This document shows, piece after piece, positions 1 through 12,503 of a stretch of DNA of 64,000 nt. Under the pieces are notes generated by a model. The model worked only from the letters and a program-made list of their open reading frames with translations, did not search any database and was not told where the DNA came from. Origin of the DNA: Octopus bimaculoides (Eukaryota); NCBI RefSeq assembly GCF_001194135.2, contig NC_069002.1, forward strand, positions 3,773,026 through 3,837,025, written 5' to 3'. A program made the position numbers and the translations under genes. Positions within the stretch are counted from its first letter, which is position 1, and every line of letters starts with the position of its first letter.

Positions 1-384
1 GCCCTAGGTTACTGGTTGTTGATTGGCACGTATTCATTATCTAGTTGACATCAAAGGGAAAATATGAATCATAATATTTATTTTTTATTTTACACATTTG
101 TTTAGCCTTCAATATCTCCGTTAACTTTGAACAAATTTACTAATTTTAAACAAATGTGTTAAGTTTGAACATTTTTGCTAATATCTTGAACACTTAAATG
201 CATGTTCTCCAAGATGAACTTAATTCTTCTTTTGGGAAAAGAAACTTGATGTAAAAAAAAAATAATGATAAAAATAAAAGATAATAATGGTTCTTCCTCT
301 GTGCAAAGCAGAGGGGTACCATAGCCAATGGGGATTATCTGAGGTGTGGTTATTGCTAGTTGAAATAATAATATTAATACAAGA

Positions 385-835
385 GAAGGTATGACAAGGT
401 CACCAGAATAATCCACTGGGAACTATGTAACAAATTTAGTGTAGGAAAAGCAAGAAAACAGGATGACGTTGAGTCAAAGGGTGCAGTAAGAAATGACAGA
501 GTTAAGATCCTTTGGTATTGTACTGACAGACAAAGAAGAAAAAAAGTCGTGCCTGATAATAGATATTACTTGTTCTGGTGACAGCCGAATCATTGAAAAA
601 GAAGTAAACTGATGCAATATGAAATTCTGAGGAGAGAAATCGAAACACTGTGGTCAATGAAAAAGGTGTATATTGTCCCAATAATTGTTGGTGCCCAAGG
701 TACAGTGAGTAAGACAATTTTTTAAAAATTAGCTGTAAATATTAGGAATAAAAATGTAAATAGAACAGCATTTCTTGGTAGTGCAAGGAGTCTCTGCAAA
801 GTCTTTGAGACTTGAAATGAAAGTATGACCTTAGT
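385..835 (+). mobile_element. Decayed R4/Dong-like (restriction-like endonuclease) non-LTR retrotransposon 3' fragment
   Basis: Broken frames read RYDKVTRIIHWELCNKF...KILW...IIDITCSGD...IVPIIVGA, homologous to the intact piece at 38.3-38.7 kb. Followed by (AAT)n. Confidence 0.7.
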
Positions 836-914
836 TCATGAGAAGTGGTCAGCCGGTACAATAATGACATCTCCAGCAACAAGCTTAGTATGTTAGAAAA
901 AATAAAAATAAAAA

Positions 915-921
915 AAATAAA

Positions 922-981
<60 letters not shown>
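915..981. repeat. (AAT)n microsatellite, representative of many (AAT)n, (CA)n, (TA)n, (GAT)n, (GA)n, (GATA)n and (GGT)n tracts
   Basis: Read directly. Most N-gaps are flanked by such tracts. Confidence 0.95.
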
Positions 982-982
982 T

Positions 983-1186
983 TTGGCACAAGACCAGCAA
1001 ATTTGGGAGAGGGGATAAATTGATTACATCAACTCCAGTATTCAACTGGCACTTATTTTACTGGTTCCTGAAAGGATGAAAGGCAAAGTTGACCTCAGCA
1101 GAATTTGGACTCAGAATGTAAGGATGGGCAAAATGCCACTAAGTATTTTGCCTGGCATGATAATGATTCTGCCAGCTCACCGCCTT
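983..1186 (-). mobile_element. SINE family A (tRNA-like head, Nin/Deu-type core gactttgcctttcatcctttcggggtcgataaa), representative copy
   Basis: Same core recurs at about 4380-4585, 5930-5990, 17640-17750, 30830-31010, 33050-33350 (inverted pair), 36290-36510, 48960-49175, 49760-49925, 50030-50135, 51560-51690, 60103-60312, 63180-63370, 63420-63570 and 63600-63820. Domain name from memory. Confidence 0.75.
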
Positions 1187-1259
1187 AATAATAATAATAA
1201 TAATAATAATAACTACCAGTACCCATGGAAATTCTACAGTAAATATGAAATTGTTTAGA

Positions 1260-1810
1260 TGGTTGTAAGTTTATATAGAACCATAAAAATCAGCGTCCCA
1301 TTACAAATTGTATTCTGCATTTTTTTCATCTAACAAACACCTTTCAGTTCTTCTGATGAAGGTTGTAATTGAGGGGGCATCACTTTCCCATTCTCTCAAC
1401 AGTTCATTTATAACTTCTAAGAGCTTCCCAGTAATTACAGAGAATATTCATGTCACAAATGTAACTTTCAACCATATGTTTAGTTTTTTTTTACTTTCTC
1501 TCTCAGTTTCATCTTGTATTCAATCTTGAATATGTTCCCTTATCTGTTGTAAATACTCACTCTAGTGATGATTTCATTTCTTTTCAGTTCAATTTATATC
1601 TTCTTTTCTTGCTGTCGATACAAAGTTTGGTTAACTTATCAAGGAGCTCACCACTGCAATCCAGTGTCTGTCAACAGGAGTGTAGTTTCTGATTAAAGAA
1701 AATATTTCTTTTGTAACTACCACTCTCGATAAACTGCAAGACAAGCTACTTATCTGAAACGGAAGTAATTCTTCAAATAAATTCTGACACAGGGTTGAGG
1801 TGAAGTCTTC
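1260..1810 (-). mobile_element. Possible decayed Helitron N-terminal fragment
   Basis: Stop-riddled minus frames give a charged E/K/R-rich stretch then YICDMNILCNYWEAL...ERMGK, resembling the Helitron C-x2-C-x-A...CC..GK motif. Heavily degenerate. Confidence 0.3.
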
Positions 1811-1819
1811 CGTGGCAGC

Positions 1820-2750
1820 ACATAGCATCAGTCAGTACAAACCTTTGTCATCTCCTCCACGAGATGCAACATTTTCAGGTCACCCTTCATCACTTTGTCC
1901 CAAGTTCTCCTTGGTCCCACTCTTCCACAGGTTCCACTAACTTGGCATGCCTGGCACTTTTGCATGCAGCAGTCATCCTCCATACACATCAAATGCCTGT
2001 ACTAGAACAGCCTCTTCTCTTGCGCAATACACCAAATTCTTTTTATACCCAGTTTTTCTCTCGTCTCGTTTGCGATCTGGCATTTTCACACACTTACACT
2101 GCACATCCACTGGAGCATGTAAACTTCATTTTTCACTCACCTTCTGCATTCAAGGCCCAGGTCTTGCTACCATGCAGCTTTGCAGTTCTAACACAGGCAT
2201 CCTACAATCTGCCCTTCACTCTGAATGTTGCCAGCAGTGGTCATGGCTCCCTGGATTTTTTCCAACACATTCTTACTGTAGCTACTATACTTTCGGAGCG
2301 GCCACCTCTTAATCATGTCTCCTAAGTAAAAGAAGCTACTAACTACTCATGACAAGGCATCTGGACAGTTAAAAGATCTATTTCTATTGTCCATATGGAC
2401 AGGAGAAGGCTAAGAACTAACCCTTGATGGATCCCTATCTTCACCCCAAATTAGTTACTGAGATCACTGACTCTTACTTTACAAACTGAATCTTTGTATC
2501 TGGCTTCCACAACCCTCACAACCCAATTATCTAAACCTTGATTCCTCACTAACCACCAAATGCTTTCTCCAAGTCAACAAATACCAGGAATAGAAGTTTG
2601 CTCTCAATTAAGTATTTCCTTTGCAGTTGCCTCACTAAGAAGATTGTATCTGTGGCATCTCTTTCAGGCACAAAGCCAAACTGCATTTCATTTGTGTTCA
2701 CTCTGATATGGATCAACTGTGCAACAACTCTCTTCATAACCTAATCTAGC
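1820..2750 (-). mobile_element. Decayed RTE-clade LINE (RT and 3' region)
   Basis: EMQFGFVPERDATDTIFLVRQLQRKY...FVDLEKAF (RT subdomain) and downstream GR.GPRRTWDKVMKGDL tail, with frameshifts and stops. Confidence 0.85.
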
Positions 2751-3194
2751 AGTTAATGTTACAAATTTCAATATTTCAGGCTTTGGCCAGGCTATGACAC
2801 CATCTCTAAGGATATAACCAATTATATAAGCTCCAGAAATACAACTGGTACTTATTTTATCAAATCTATAAACTCAACATTATTGTCCATTACTCCTCTT
2901 CCTCCTCTTCTGGCTGCTAATTTCGCCAAATCTCACTTTCTACATCTCATACAAAACATCTTTTTCCGTCCAGTCCTTCCTCCCAGATCAGCAACTCTCT
3001 AAGTCTGGAATCCTCACACTATCAAACTTTTACCTGCAAAACATCCATTTACAGATGACCTAGCTACCTGAATGTCACATTTATGCTCATCCCGCTGCAA
3101 TCTTGGAGAATATGCAATGACCACCAATAATGGCCTTCAAACAAATCCAGGAAAGAAAAAGAAAGAAAAAAAAAAGATACAATAGCCTGGAGAT

Positions 3195-3490
3195 CAGGGA
3201 GTCCCAGCAGGTCGAGCTGTTCATTCTTTGCATTGAGAGGTCACAGCTCCAGTACTAAGGACCTACAGGCGTGTTTAGAATGTTGCAGGAAAGAATCATG
3301 AGATGGATTCTTCAAGCTGAGCTGACCAGCAGGAGGCCTAGGGTTAAATCCAAGAATAAGATGGTTGGATGATATCCATAGTCTAAGATGGTCGCACTTG
3401 GGAATCCTGCTGGAAAGCCTAGTTAAGCTTGCTTTTGATAGGACCCTATTGAGGAGGTACCTGAAAACTCTACTTCCACAACCTTCCAAA
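3195..3490 (+). mobile_element. Decayed RTE-like LINE 3' fragment
   Basis: IERSQLQY..VFRMLQERIMRWILQAELTSRRPR, similar to RSQLRWFGHV.RM...GRRPRGRP. Confidence 0.65.
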
Positions 3491-4140
3491 GAATAGTTGG
3501 TGGAGAAAATAACAGATGGATGAATAAAAGAAAAGAACCAGAACAGCTGATAAAGGGGCCAAAAAGTAGTAAAAAAAAAAAAGGTTTTTGACAGTTTAAA
3601 AACAAAACAACAACAGTAGCAGCAACAGCCAATATATACATATAGTTTTATATAGAGATATTAATTTTTATAAACTTATTTCCTTGAACATTAAAAAAAA
3701 AAAAAATCAGGAAGTTAGTATTACATTTTTGTTGTAACAGTTGAGTCTAAAATATATTAAAAAAAAAATCTCTTAAACATAAACAAGCAGAACACCGAAT
3801 GTACATATTTACAATAATAATAATAATAATAATGATAATAATAATAATAAAATTTCAAAAGAAAAAAAATAATTGAAAATACAACCCTAGATATTTAACA
3901 GGTCAGTGATCTGCTTTCCAAAACAGTAAATGATGTTCTAGCTGTATTTACAATTATATACACATATATTTATGTATGTATGTATGTATAGTGTATGTGT
4001 GTGTGTGTGTGCATAAAGTAAATGCTAATTTCATGTTTACTGCCTTAAAACAAGTTTAAGAACAACAACAAAACATTCACTGATAGAGAAACTCAATATT
4101 GAAAGTAGAGTTAAATCTGTTGTAAAACTTGTTTTGTGTG

Positions 4141-4214
4141 GGACTTTTTTAAGCCAGACAGCTTATTTCAACCGACACAAGGTGAATAAGCTGTCGGGCT
4201 CAACTTAAAAGTCC
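4141..4214 (-). ncRNA. Candidate pre-miRNA-like hairpin (strand uncertain)
   Basis: Inner stem GACAGCTTATT/AATAAGCTGTC (11 bp perfect), extended by CA/TG and CC/GG around a 7-nt loop. Outer stem GGACTTTT..AAG/CTTAAAAGTCC. Lies in non-repeat sequence. Confidence 0.35.
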
Positions 4215-4675
4215 TAGTGAAAAAAATAAATGTATGATATATAAGTATTATATATGTATATATATATATCTTCGTTTTTGTGTTTGTTTTGCAAGATTTT
4301 TGATGTTAATTAATGTGTTCAAACAAATCCTGTTGTGTCTTGGAAGAGCCATTACACCAATAATAATAATAATAATAATCCTTTCTATTGAAAGGCACAA
4401 AGCCTGAAATTTTGGTGGAGGAGACTAGTTGATTACACTGACCCCCCACTCCTTCACTGGTACTTAGTTTATTGACCCCGAAAGGATGAAAGGCAAAGTT
4501 GACCTCAGTGGAATTTGAACTCATAATTGCAATGGCCAAAATACCATTAAACATTTCATCCGGCATGCTAACGAATCTGCCTTAATGATAATAATAGTAA
4601 TAATAGACACACATACACGGGCTCCATATCACTTTTTTGTTGTTAATTGATTGGTTAGCTATCTAACGAACTATA

Positions 4676-4840
4676 TACCATATTTTAACGTATATAAGAA
4701 ACCCTTTTTTGTCAAAAATTAGGTTAAAAAAATATGGGAGTTTCTTATACATGGATAGTATTATAATCACTTACAAAACCTTTTTCCAAATTTTAAGACC
4801 CAAAAATTAGGGGGTTCCTTATACACATTGAAATATGGTA
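4676..4840. mobile_element. Tc1/pogo-type MITE
   Basis: Terminal inverted repeats TACCATATTTtaacgTaTATAAG vs TACCATATTTcaatgTgTATAAG (reverse complement), TA at both ends. Confidence 0.7.
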
Positions 4841-5234
4841 ATCAATTGTTTGTGCTGTGGCAACCCCAACAATGATGTACCTCCTCTCTGTTATTATTGG
4901 TGTAATTGACCCTTCCAGGACAAACCAATTTGAAATATATGTATTATATATGTATATAAATATATATAAACAGACAGAAGTTTTCATTTGTCGTTTTCAT
5001 TTACCACAGCTAGAAATGTACAGAAAAAAATAATAATTTCTTACATTAGCAAAAAGTCACATTTTTTTTTTGGGAGAAGATTGCAGTCATTAATAAAACT
5101 GACTCCAGTTCTTTGGTTTTCATCCTTCCGAGTCCAAAAAAAGTTGCCCATGCTGGAGTTTGAACTTAACACATAATGAAATACCATCAGTTGTTTTGTC
5201 TGATGCTCTACAAATTCTGACAATTCAATATCCT

Positions 5235-5265
<31 letters not shown>

Positions 5266-5991
5266 AATAATAANNNNNNNNNNNNNNNNNNNNNNNNNNN
5301 NNNNNNNNNNNNNNNNNNNNNNNNNNNNNNNNNNNNNNNNNNNNNNNNNNNNNNNNNNNNNNNNNNNNNNNNNNNNNNNNNNNNNNNNNNNNNNNNNNNN
5401 NNNNNNNNNNNNNNNNNNNNNNNNNNNNNNNNNNNNNNNNNNNNNNNNNNNNNNNNNNNNNNNNNNNNNNNNNNNNNNNNNNNNNNNNNNNNNNNNNNNN
5501 NNNNNNNNNNNNNNNNNNNNNNNNNNNNNNNNNNNNNNNNNNNNNNNNNNNNNNNNNNNNNNNNNNNNNNNNNNNNNNNNNNNNNNNNNNNNNNNNNNNN
5601 NNNNNNNNNNNNNNNNNNNNNNNNNNNNNNNNNNNNNNNNNNNNNNNNNNNNNNNNNNNNNNNNNNNNNNNNNNNNNNNNNNNNNNNNNNNNNNNNNNNN
5701 NNNNNNNNNNNNNNNNNNNNNNNNNNNNNNNNNNNNNNNNNNNNNNNNNNNNNNNNNNNNNNNNNNNNNNNNNNNNNNNNNNNNNNNNNNNNNNNNNNNN
5801 NNNNNNNNNNNNNNNNNNNNNNNNNNNNNNNNNNNNNNNNNNNNNNNNNNNNNNNNNNNNNNNNNNNNNNNNNNNNNNNNNNNNNNNNNNNNNNNNNNNN
5901 NNNNNNNNNNNNNNNNNNNNNNNNNNNNTTTATCGACCCTGAAAGGATGAAAGGCAAAGTTGACCTCGGTGGAATTTGAACTCAGAATGTA

Positions 5992-6029
<38 letters not shown>

Positions 6030-6320
6030 TTTCTAACATATGCACAAAGGTAAAAAAATTTTGGTGGGGGAGATAAGAGTTGGCTTTGGCAACATTTGAA
6101 TTCAAAACATAAGAGATTATAAGTATTGCAAGACATTCTTGCCTGCCACACAAACCAATTCTGCCTAATTGCTACTCCTTCTTTGATGATAATTTTTTCT
6201 TCATCTCCAACCCACCTCCTCACTACAATTCCACAAGAATTCAACATAGAAATTGACTCAATGTGTTCAGTTAAAGGAAACCCAGTTATATTAATCCAGC
6301 TCTGAGTCTCATCAACACTG

Positions 6321-6359
<39 letters not shown>

Positions 6360-7415
6360 AGAAACCTTAAGAGATAATGCATTTGTTTTTCAGGCTTACA
6401 ATATACAGCTGCTATGAAAAAGTTTGACAGACCAACAGAAAAAATAATAATAATAATAATAATCATTTGGTAGTTTTATTATAAATAATTACAAATAAAA
6501 TTTAAATATAAAAAAAAAGATCACAAACCAATAAGAGAGCATCTATATGGTCAGTTGACCTTGCTAGAAATAGAAGCCAAATGTCTTTGAAATTATACTT
6601 TATCATTTATNNNNNNNNNNNNNNNNNNNNNNNNNNNNNNNNNNNNNNNNNNNNNNNNNNNNNNNNNNNNNNNNNNNNNNNNNNNNNNNNNNNNNNNNNN
6701 NNNNNNNNNNNNNNNNNNNNNNNNNNNNNNNNNNNNNNNNNNNNNNNNNNNNNNNNNNNNNNNNNNNNNNNNNNNNNNNNNNNNNNNNNNNNNNNNNNNN
6801 NNNNNNNNNNNNNNNNNNNNNNNNNNNNNNNNNNNNNNNNNNNNNNNNNNNNNNNNNNNNNNNNNNNNNNNNNNNNNNNNNNNNNNNNNNNNNNNNNNNN
6901 NNNNNNNNNNNNNNNNNNNNNNNNNNNNNNNNNNNNNNNNNNNNNNNNNNNNNNNNNNNNNNNNNNNNNNNNNNNNNNNNNNNNNNNNNNNNNNNNNNNN
7001 NNNNNNNNNNNNNNNNNNNNNNNNNNNNNNNNNNNNNNNNNNNNNNNNNNNNNNNNNNNNNNNNNNNNNNNNNNNNNNNNNNNNNNNNNNNNNNNNNNNN
7101 NNNNNNNNNNNNNNNNNNNNNNNNNNNNNNNNNNNNNNNNNNNNNNNNNNNNNNNNNNNNNNNNNNNNNNNNNNNNNNNNNNNNNNNNNNNNNNNNNNNN
7201 NNNNNNNNNNNNNNNNNNNNNNNNNNNNNNNNNNNGCTTCTACTTATAGGCTTTGCTTGACCGATTCCTTTCTAGTAAAACTTGGTAGACAGAAACAGAG
7301 CAGAAATCTATTACATGTGTGTAGGTGGGTGGGGGTGAGGGTGTCTCTTTTGTCAATGTTTTTTTTAACCTTTTATGTATTTCAATAATTGGATTGTGAC
7401 CATGCAAGGTTTCGT

Positions 7416-7736
7416 GTGGGAGTTCTCAACCATTTTTTTTATCTATGGACCCCTTTGATTACTATTTTATTCTGGTGGACCCCGCCATAACCATTCAATG
7501 TTTAAAAACTAGTTTTATAGAAAGTTTTTTCAAAATTCCCATTTTGTTCTTCACACATTAACTTGTGTAAAATATTAGAAAAAGAAACCCAGCTGTTTCT
7601 TGTAATACGTACCAATACATACATCTGAAGCAAAATTGTTCAAGGTCCCTTAAAATACTGTTTTGTTACCTAGACCCCACTCCCCAGTCTTATATGGCCC
7701 CTGAGTGTCCATATAGATCCCGGCTGGGAACCACTG
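7416..7736. mobile_element. hAT-type MITE (CAGTGGTT..CAACC ends)
   Basis: ggagttctcaacc...ggctgggaaccactg. Related copies at 50854-51097 and about 61820-61915. Confidence 0.6.
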
Positions 7737-8405
7737 GTTTAGTGGAACAAATCACTCCCAGTATTTGTTGAGTTAAACTTGGTACTCATTTTAGCATTCT
7801 CTTTTGCCAAACTGCTCAGTAATGGGGATGTAAGTAAACCAACACCAGTAATCGAATGGTGGGGCTGAGGTTGACAAACACACACACACATTTACAATGA
7901 GTTTCAATACAGTTTCTGTCTACCAAATTCACTAACAAGGCATCAATCAACTCCAGGTCACAGAGCTATAGTAGAAGACCATAGAGGGTGCCATGCATTG
8001 GGACTGAACCCAAAATATAGAACATGGTCGCAAAGCAAGCGTCCTAACCACTCAGCCATACCTGTACCTATACTAACAAAAGATTTACAAATCAGCGAAA
8101 ATGACAGATAAACCAGTGTTTTGATAAAAATAAAAAATACTGTCTGGTATTGATTCCACCTTACTTTCATGGACACTCCCTTGCAACATCTGCCCTCAGA
8201 TATACAGAGAAACAGTGTGACTGCTCCATTCAAGGCTTCTAACCCCCAACAATGTTTATTATTGTTTATAAAAATGCATGATATAAAAAATAATGTAATT
8301 TATTTACTACAAAAATAATAACAGCAGTAGCAGCAACATTAATTTCCGGTGATGAGGAAATGTAACATAGAAATAAGAATGTCATAGTAAGCAGTAATAT
8401 ATAGG

Positions 8406-8567
8406 GGCAGGAGTGGCTGTGGGTAAGTAGCTTGCTTACCAACCACATGGTTCTGGGTTCAGTCCCACTGCGTGGCACGTTGGACAAGTGTCTTTCTACT
8501 ATAGCTTCGGGTCGACCAAAGCCTTGTGAATGGATTTGGCAGGCAGAAACTGAAAGAAGCCCATCAA

Positions 8568-8600
<33 letters not shown>

Positions 8601-8815
8601 CAAATATGTTTGTTCCCCCACTATCACTTGACAACCAATACTGGTGTGTTTATGTCCCCATAACTTAGCAGTTCAACAAAAGGGATTGATAGAATAAGTA
8701 CTAGGCTTATAAAGAATAAGTCCTGGGGTCGGTATGTTCGACAAAAGGCAATGCTCCAGCATGGCCAGTCAAATGATTGAAACAAGTAAAAGAATAAAAG
8801 AATATCTTTTACTCC
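8406..8815 (+). mobile_element. SINE family B (tRNA-like head gcaggagtggctgtgtggtaag...ggttcagtcccactg, ccttgggcaagtgtc core, internal (TG)n), representative full copy
   Basis: A/B-box-like head. Further copies at about 7745-8060(-), 14155-14350(-), 18060-18420(-), 19405-19800(+), 27190-27365(-), 29935-30085(-), 33645-34005(+), 41170-41510(+), 41960-42240(-), 43750-43895(-), 56795-56970(-), 58150-58325(-), 58668-58835(+). Confidence 0.8.
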
Positions 8816-10948
8816 CTCAGCAAATATTTTAAGATCCATTTTTCGAGGGTTTGCAGCAGAGACGATCATCATCACCATCATTTAATGCCTGCTTTCCATC
8901 CTGGCATGGGTTGAATGGTTTGACAGAATCTGATGTTCTACAGGGTTGTACTGACTTCCAGTGACAGCGCTTCTTTGGCACGTTATTTTTATGGCTGGAT
9001 TCCCTTGCTAATGCCCACTGCTCTGCAGAGTGTACCGGGTGCTTTTTTTCATGCTACCAGCACTAGTGAGCTTGCCAAGTAACTTGCAAGATGATAAAAG
9101 AACAGGAAAAGGAAAACCTCCATCGTATAAGCGAGAGTATTTGAGGGTGAGGTGAGGTTTTATGTCAGAAGTTGAGCGGCTGAAGTAGGGTTGCATAACA
9201 AGCACAGGTGTCTAGCTATAGAAAAGATACATTCCATACCATATACAGACAGGTGGGAGTATCTGGAGAGAAGGTAGAGGCGGTGGGGATGAGTTGTCAG
9301 AATCTTTACTGGTATGGGACATTGGATAGACTGCTAAATGTGGGGCACAGGCCCCACAGGTTGGGCCTGGGAAAATTGTGGTGGAGTGTGGTTTTGTAGT
9401 TGCCAGGCACAAGGTTCTCATTAAAGTGATTCATTTGTTTTCTTAGTCAATAAGTTTTTTTTCTTTTTTTGGTATTCAGTACTTAATAAAAGAGATACTG
9501 GTAGATTCTTTTGAATTAAATAATTGATAGAATATTAAAAATAATATGGTGCCTTGGGCAAGAGTCTTTTGCTATAGCCCTGAGCCAACCAAAGCCATGT
9601 GAGTGGATTTGGTAGATAGAAACTAAAAGAAGCCCATAGTGTGTGTGTGTGTGTTCGCGCGTATGGGGGGNNNNNNNNNNNNNGGGGGGGGGTGAGTGTT
9701 TGTACATTTGTGTTTTCTTGTCTCGGCATTGTGTGATAGTTGTAAATGAGTGTCACTGTCATACAAGCAGTGTCATTCTGCAAAAACATATTTGGCAATG
9801 AGGAAATATTACCTTGCTGGGAAACAGGTAAGTGTTGATGACAGGAAGAGCAGCCAGCCGTAAAAAAATCTACCTCAATAAACTCCATCCGACCCATGAA
9901 AGCACGGAAAAGTAGATATTAAAATGATGATCCTCACCATCATTATCATTTCAAATTATCCAAAAATTGTGTAGAACACTATGTGTTAATTAAGTCAGTA
10001 TCCTGTTAAATTATGTCCTCAAACAGAAGAAACTGTTTGTACTGAAGTAAAGTAAACTGTTCTGTTAGGTTTTTGTAAAGTCTTGCTGCTTCTGTTCGCT
10101 GGTTTCTTTCCGTATATTCAATTAGATCTCACATTTTATGGAATTCTTGTAGAGTTACTAACAAAATGACTGACGAGCCAGAAGTTGGTATAGGATACTT
10201 TTGAAATTTGTGCTTTGGGGATCGACAGAAGCTTCATCAAACACAGAACTGTCCTTTTGAAGCTAAAAAGATTCAGCTAAAAGATTCAGCATGAAAGAAT
10301 TTGAATTATGGGTATCTTGTGTAATGTTAGCACACATCAAAATACATTCCTAAAGTATAGCATTTAGCAGGAAAGTAAACCAAAGATTATTTACATTAAC
10401 AAAAGAGAAGTCTTTTTACTGAGTCTCAGACAAACTCTATGAACCGAGACTGAACTTAATAGTCAATCCTCTTCTGTAGACTTATCTTTCAAAACTGATA
10501 TCTGAGGTCACTGCTCCACCCTCTCAGTTAAGACAGTGCTAGGTAGAGTGGAAGGGGACTGTACAAAGAAATAAATGGCACTGAATCAATCAGACCCTTG
10601 CTGGAATGGGGTCACCTTAAAGGGGTTGCATGAAATATACAGGTTCACTCAGTTCTTGAGTTCAAGCTTGTCTACTTAACCAAGCAGGAGGAAGCAAGAG
10701 TAATGCATCAAGTTGTAACCCTTTTGGTACACCAACCTGCCAATACTGCCCCTGGACCCATGAGACAAACTTCCTGTTTTATAGAGATCTAAATTAAAAC
10801 TATCCATCAAAATTTCATGCTAATTTATGTTTGAAATCCCAGTTTAGTAATGACAGAGTTATTTTACTAAATTCTTCATTAATTTAAAAATTAATTGAAA
10901 CAAAGGCAGGGCAATTCAATAGGAATTTTATAACAAAAGAAATAACAT

Positions 10949-11233
10949 GTTAACCACCACGGCCTGTTACTCGAACTCACTTGTTACACCACATATTTTG
11001 CGCAGTTACACTGCATACTGTCTGATTACAAATGTAATTTTTTTTTTGCATTTTTACAATATTTCATAAATAAACTTTAATAATTAACATTCGTGTTGTT
11101 ATCTTCAAAACCATGTCAAAGATACAGAATAAAATGTTTTCTCAAATTATGAAAATGTACCACCGATGGTGCATATTGCGGTTGTGTGAAGTCTGTGACA
11201 AACTGCTGATGGTACATGTGGCAGTTAACGTGT
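10949..11233. mobile_element. Possible piggyBac-like non-autonomous element
   Basis: ttaaccaccacgg...catgtggcagttaa imperfect TIRs bounded by TTAA. Confidence 0.35.
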
Positions 11234-11399
11234 TAAAGAACTATGTAGACTTTATATTTTGGAGAAAGTCTACAATGTGGCGAAAATTATATGAGAATTG
11301 TTAATGACAATGATCAATTAATTAGTTGAAGATGATTGTTTGGTATCCAATCAATTTATATTCAAAGACTTTAATACGGTCTTTTTTCTTTCACAGTAG

Positions 11400-11830
11400 A
11401 ATGCTGTGTGGGGACCAGCATGCCAAAGAATAGACCCAACATTCCCTCTGCATGTCATAAAAAGAGACTTAAAACAAGTTGAGGTAGCATTTGCACTTTG
11501 ACCTCATAAAACCCTCACCAGCAATGACGACCCAAACAAATCTAACAAGTCCTCTCCCCCGGGGAAGTACCTTCATTGCCTATAAAGCACATTGTATGAA
11601 ATGGTTGGGGGCCAAGATGTCAAGACGCCCATCCACCTAAAGGGGAAAACTCTGGAGGACAGGTTGGGTTGGAGGGTTGTCGCAAGGGGTGCAAGGGTGT
11701 CATGCACCAGGAGTAAGGAATCTCAGTTCCACCTGAGAAAGCCTATTTAGTGGATGCAGCAACATGCAGCATGCCCCCATACCCGACAAGGGAAGGACAC
11801 CTTAGTAAGAATGGATGAACAGAACACTAT
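11400..11830 (+). mobile_element. Probable RTE-type LINE 5' UTR remnant
   Basis: GC-richer island with ggttgggttggagggttg and gggaaaactctgg stretches typical of RTE 5' ends. No ORF. Confidence 0.3.
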
Positions 11831-11935
11831 GGTTTTGAAATTTATTCAAAAGGTCCTTTTCAATCATGAAAAACTGCATCCCCCTTAGTGGGAATCTACA
11901 CAACAAGGATCATTTGCTGCTAATAGAAACTTACT

Positions 11936-12162
11936 TTAACCCTTTTGATGCTAACATGGTAGAGATCACGCCTGGTTCTTTGATGCAAACATCTTGTTTT
12001 ATAATGATCTAAATTCAAACCTTACATCAAAATTTCATGTTAATTTAAATTCCAAACTTAAGAATAACACAGTTATTATTTCCCTAAATCCTTCATTATC
12101 TTCAAGTTTAATTGAAACAAAGGCCATATACATCAACAAAAATATGGTAACAAAAGGGTTCA
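11936..12162. mobile_element. piggyBac-type MITE
   Basis: TTAA-CCCTTTTG...CAAAAGGG-TTCA. Related decayed copy at about 10715-10945. A second TTAA-CCCTTTAG family lies at 20006-20238(-) and about 25888-26105(+). Confidence 0.65.
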
Positions 12163-12448
12163 AGCACTGCAATTAACAAGATTATCCCAGTCTTGTTCTT
12201 GTGTCTTCACATTTGAATTAAGAAGTTCACTCAGATACTTCTTAATAAATTAATTATAAAATTAACAAAACGTCGATGTAAAACATTGTTAGAATTTAAG
12301 CTGATTCACTGGTCATTCTGATTTGTGTTTCATTTCCCAAACTGACCAATGATATTCTGCAAGGTTTCATTATAACAATATATATGTACTGATACTGCAT
12401 CTGCTACCAGGTTCCAAAGAAAAACCGAAACACTTTGCATAGAATTGA

Positions 12449-12503
12449 ACCTGAGCACTTTGTAGTGCACCTGAGCACTTTGTAGTGCACCTGAGCATTT
12501 GTA
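12449..12503. repeat. 20-bp tandem repeat (acctgagcactttgtagtgc) x2.7
   Basis: Two exact units plus a partial third, read directly. Confidence 0.9.

Noticed and set aside
6100-6320. Minus-strand open frame VDETQSWINITGFPLTEHIES...
   Set aside because: No polypyrimidine acceptor or clear donor and no recognisable family; possibly a LINE ORF1 relic.
9990-10340. Possible mariner transposase relic (FEICALG...)
   Set aside because: Similarity too weak and no TIR identified.
12449-12503. Minus-strand caaagtgctcaggtgcac resembles vertebrate miR-17/20b
   Set aside because: No precursor hairpin, the family is vertebrate-specific, and the match lies in a simple tandem duplication.
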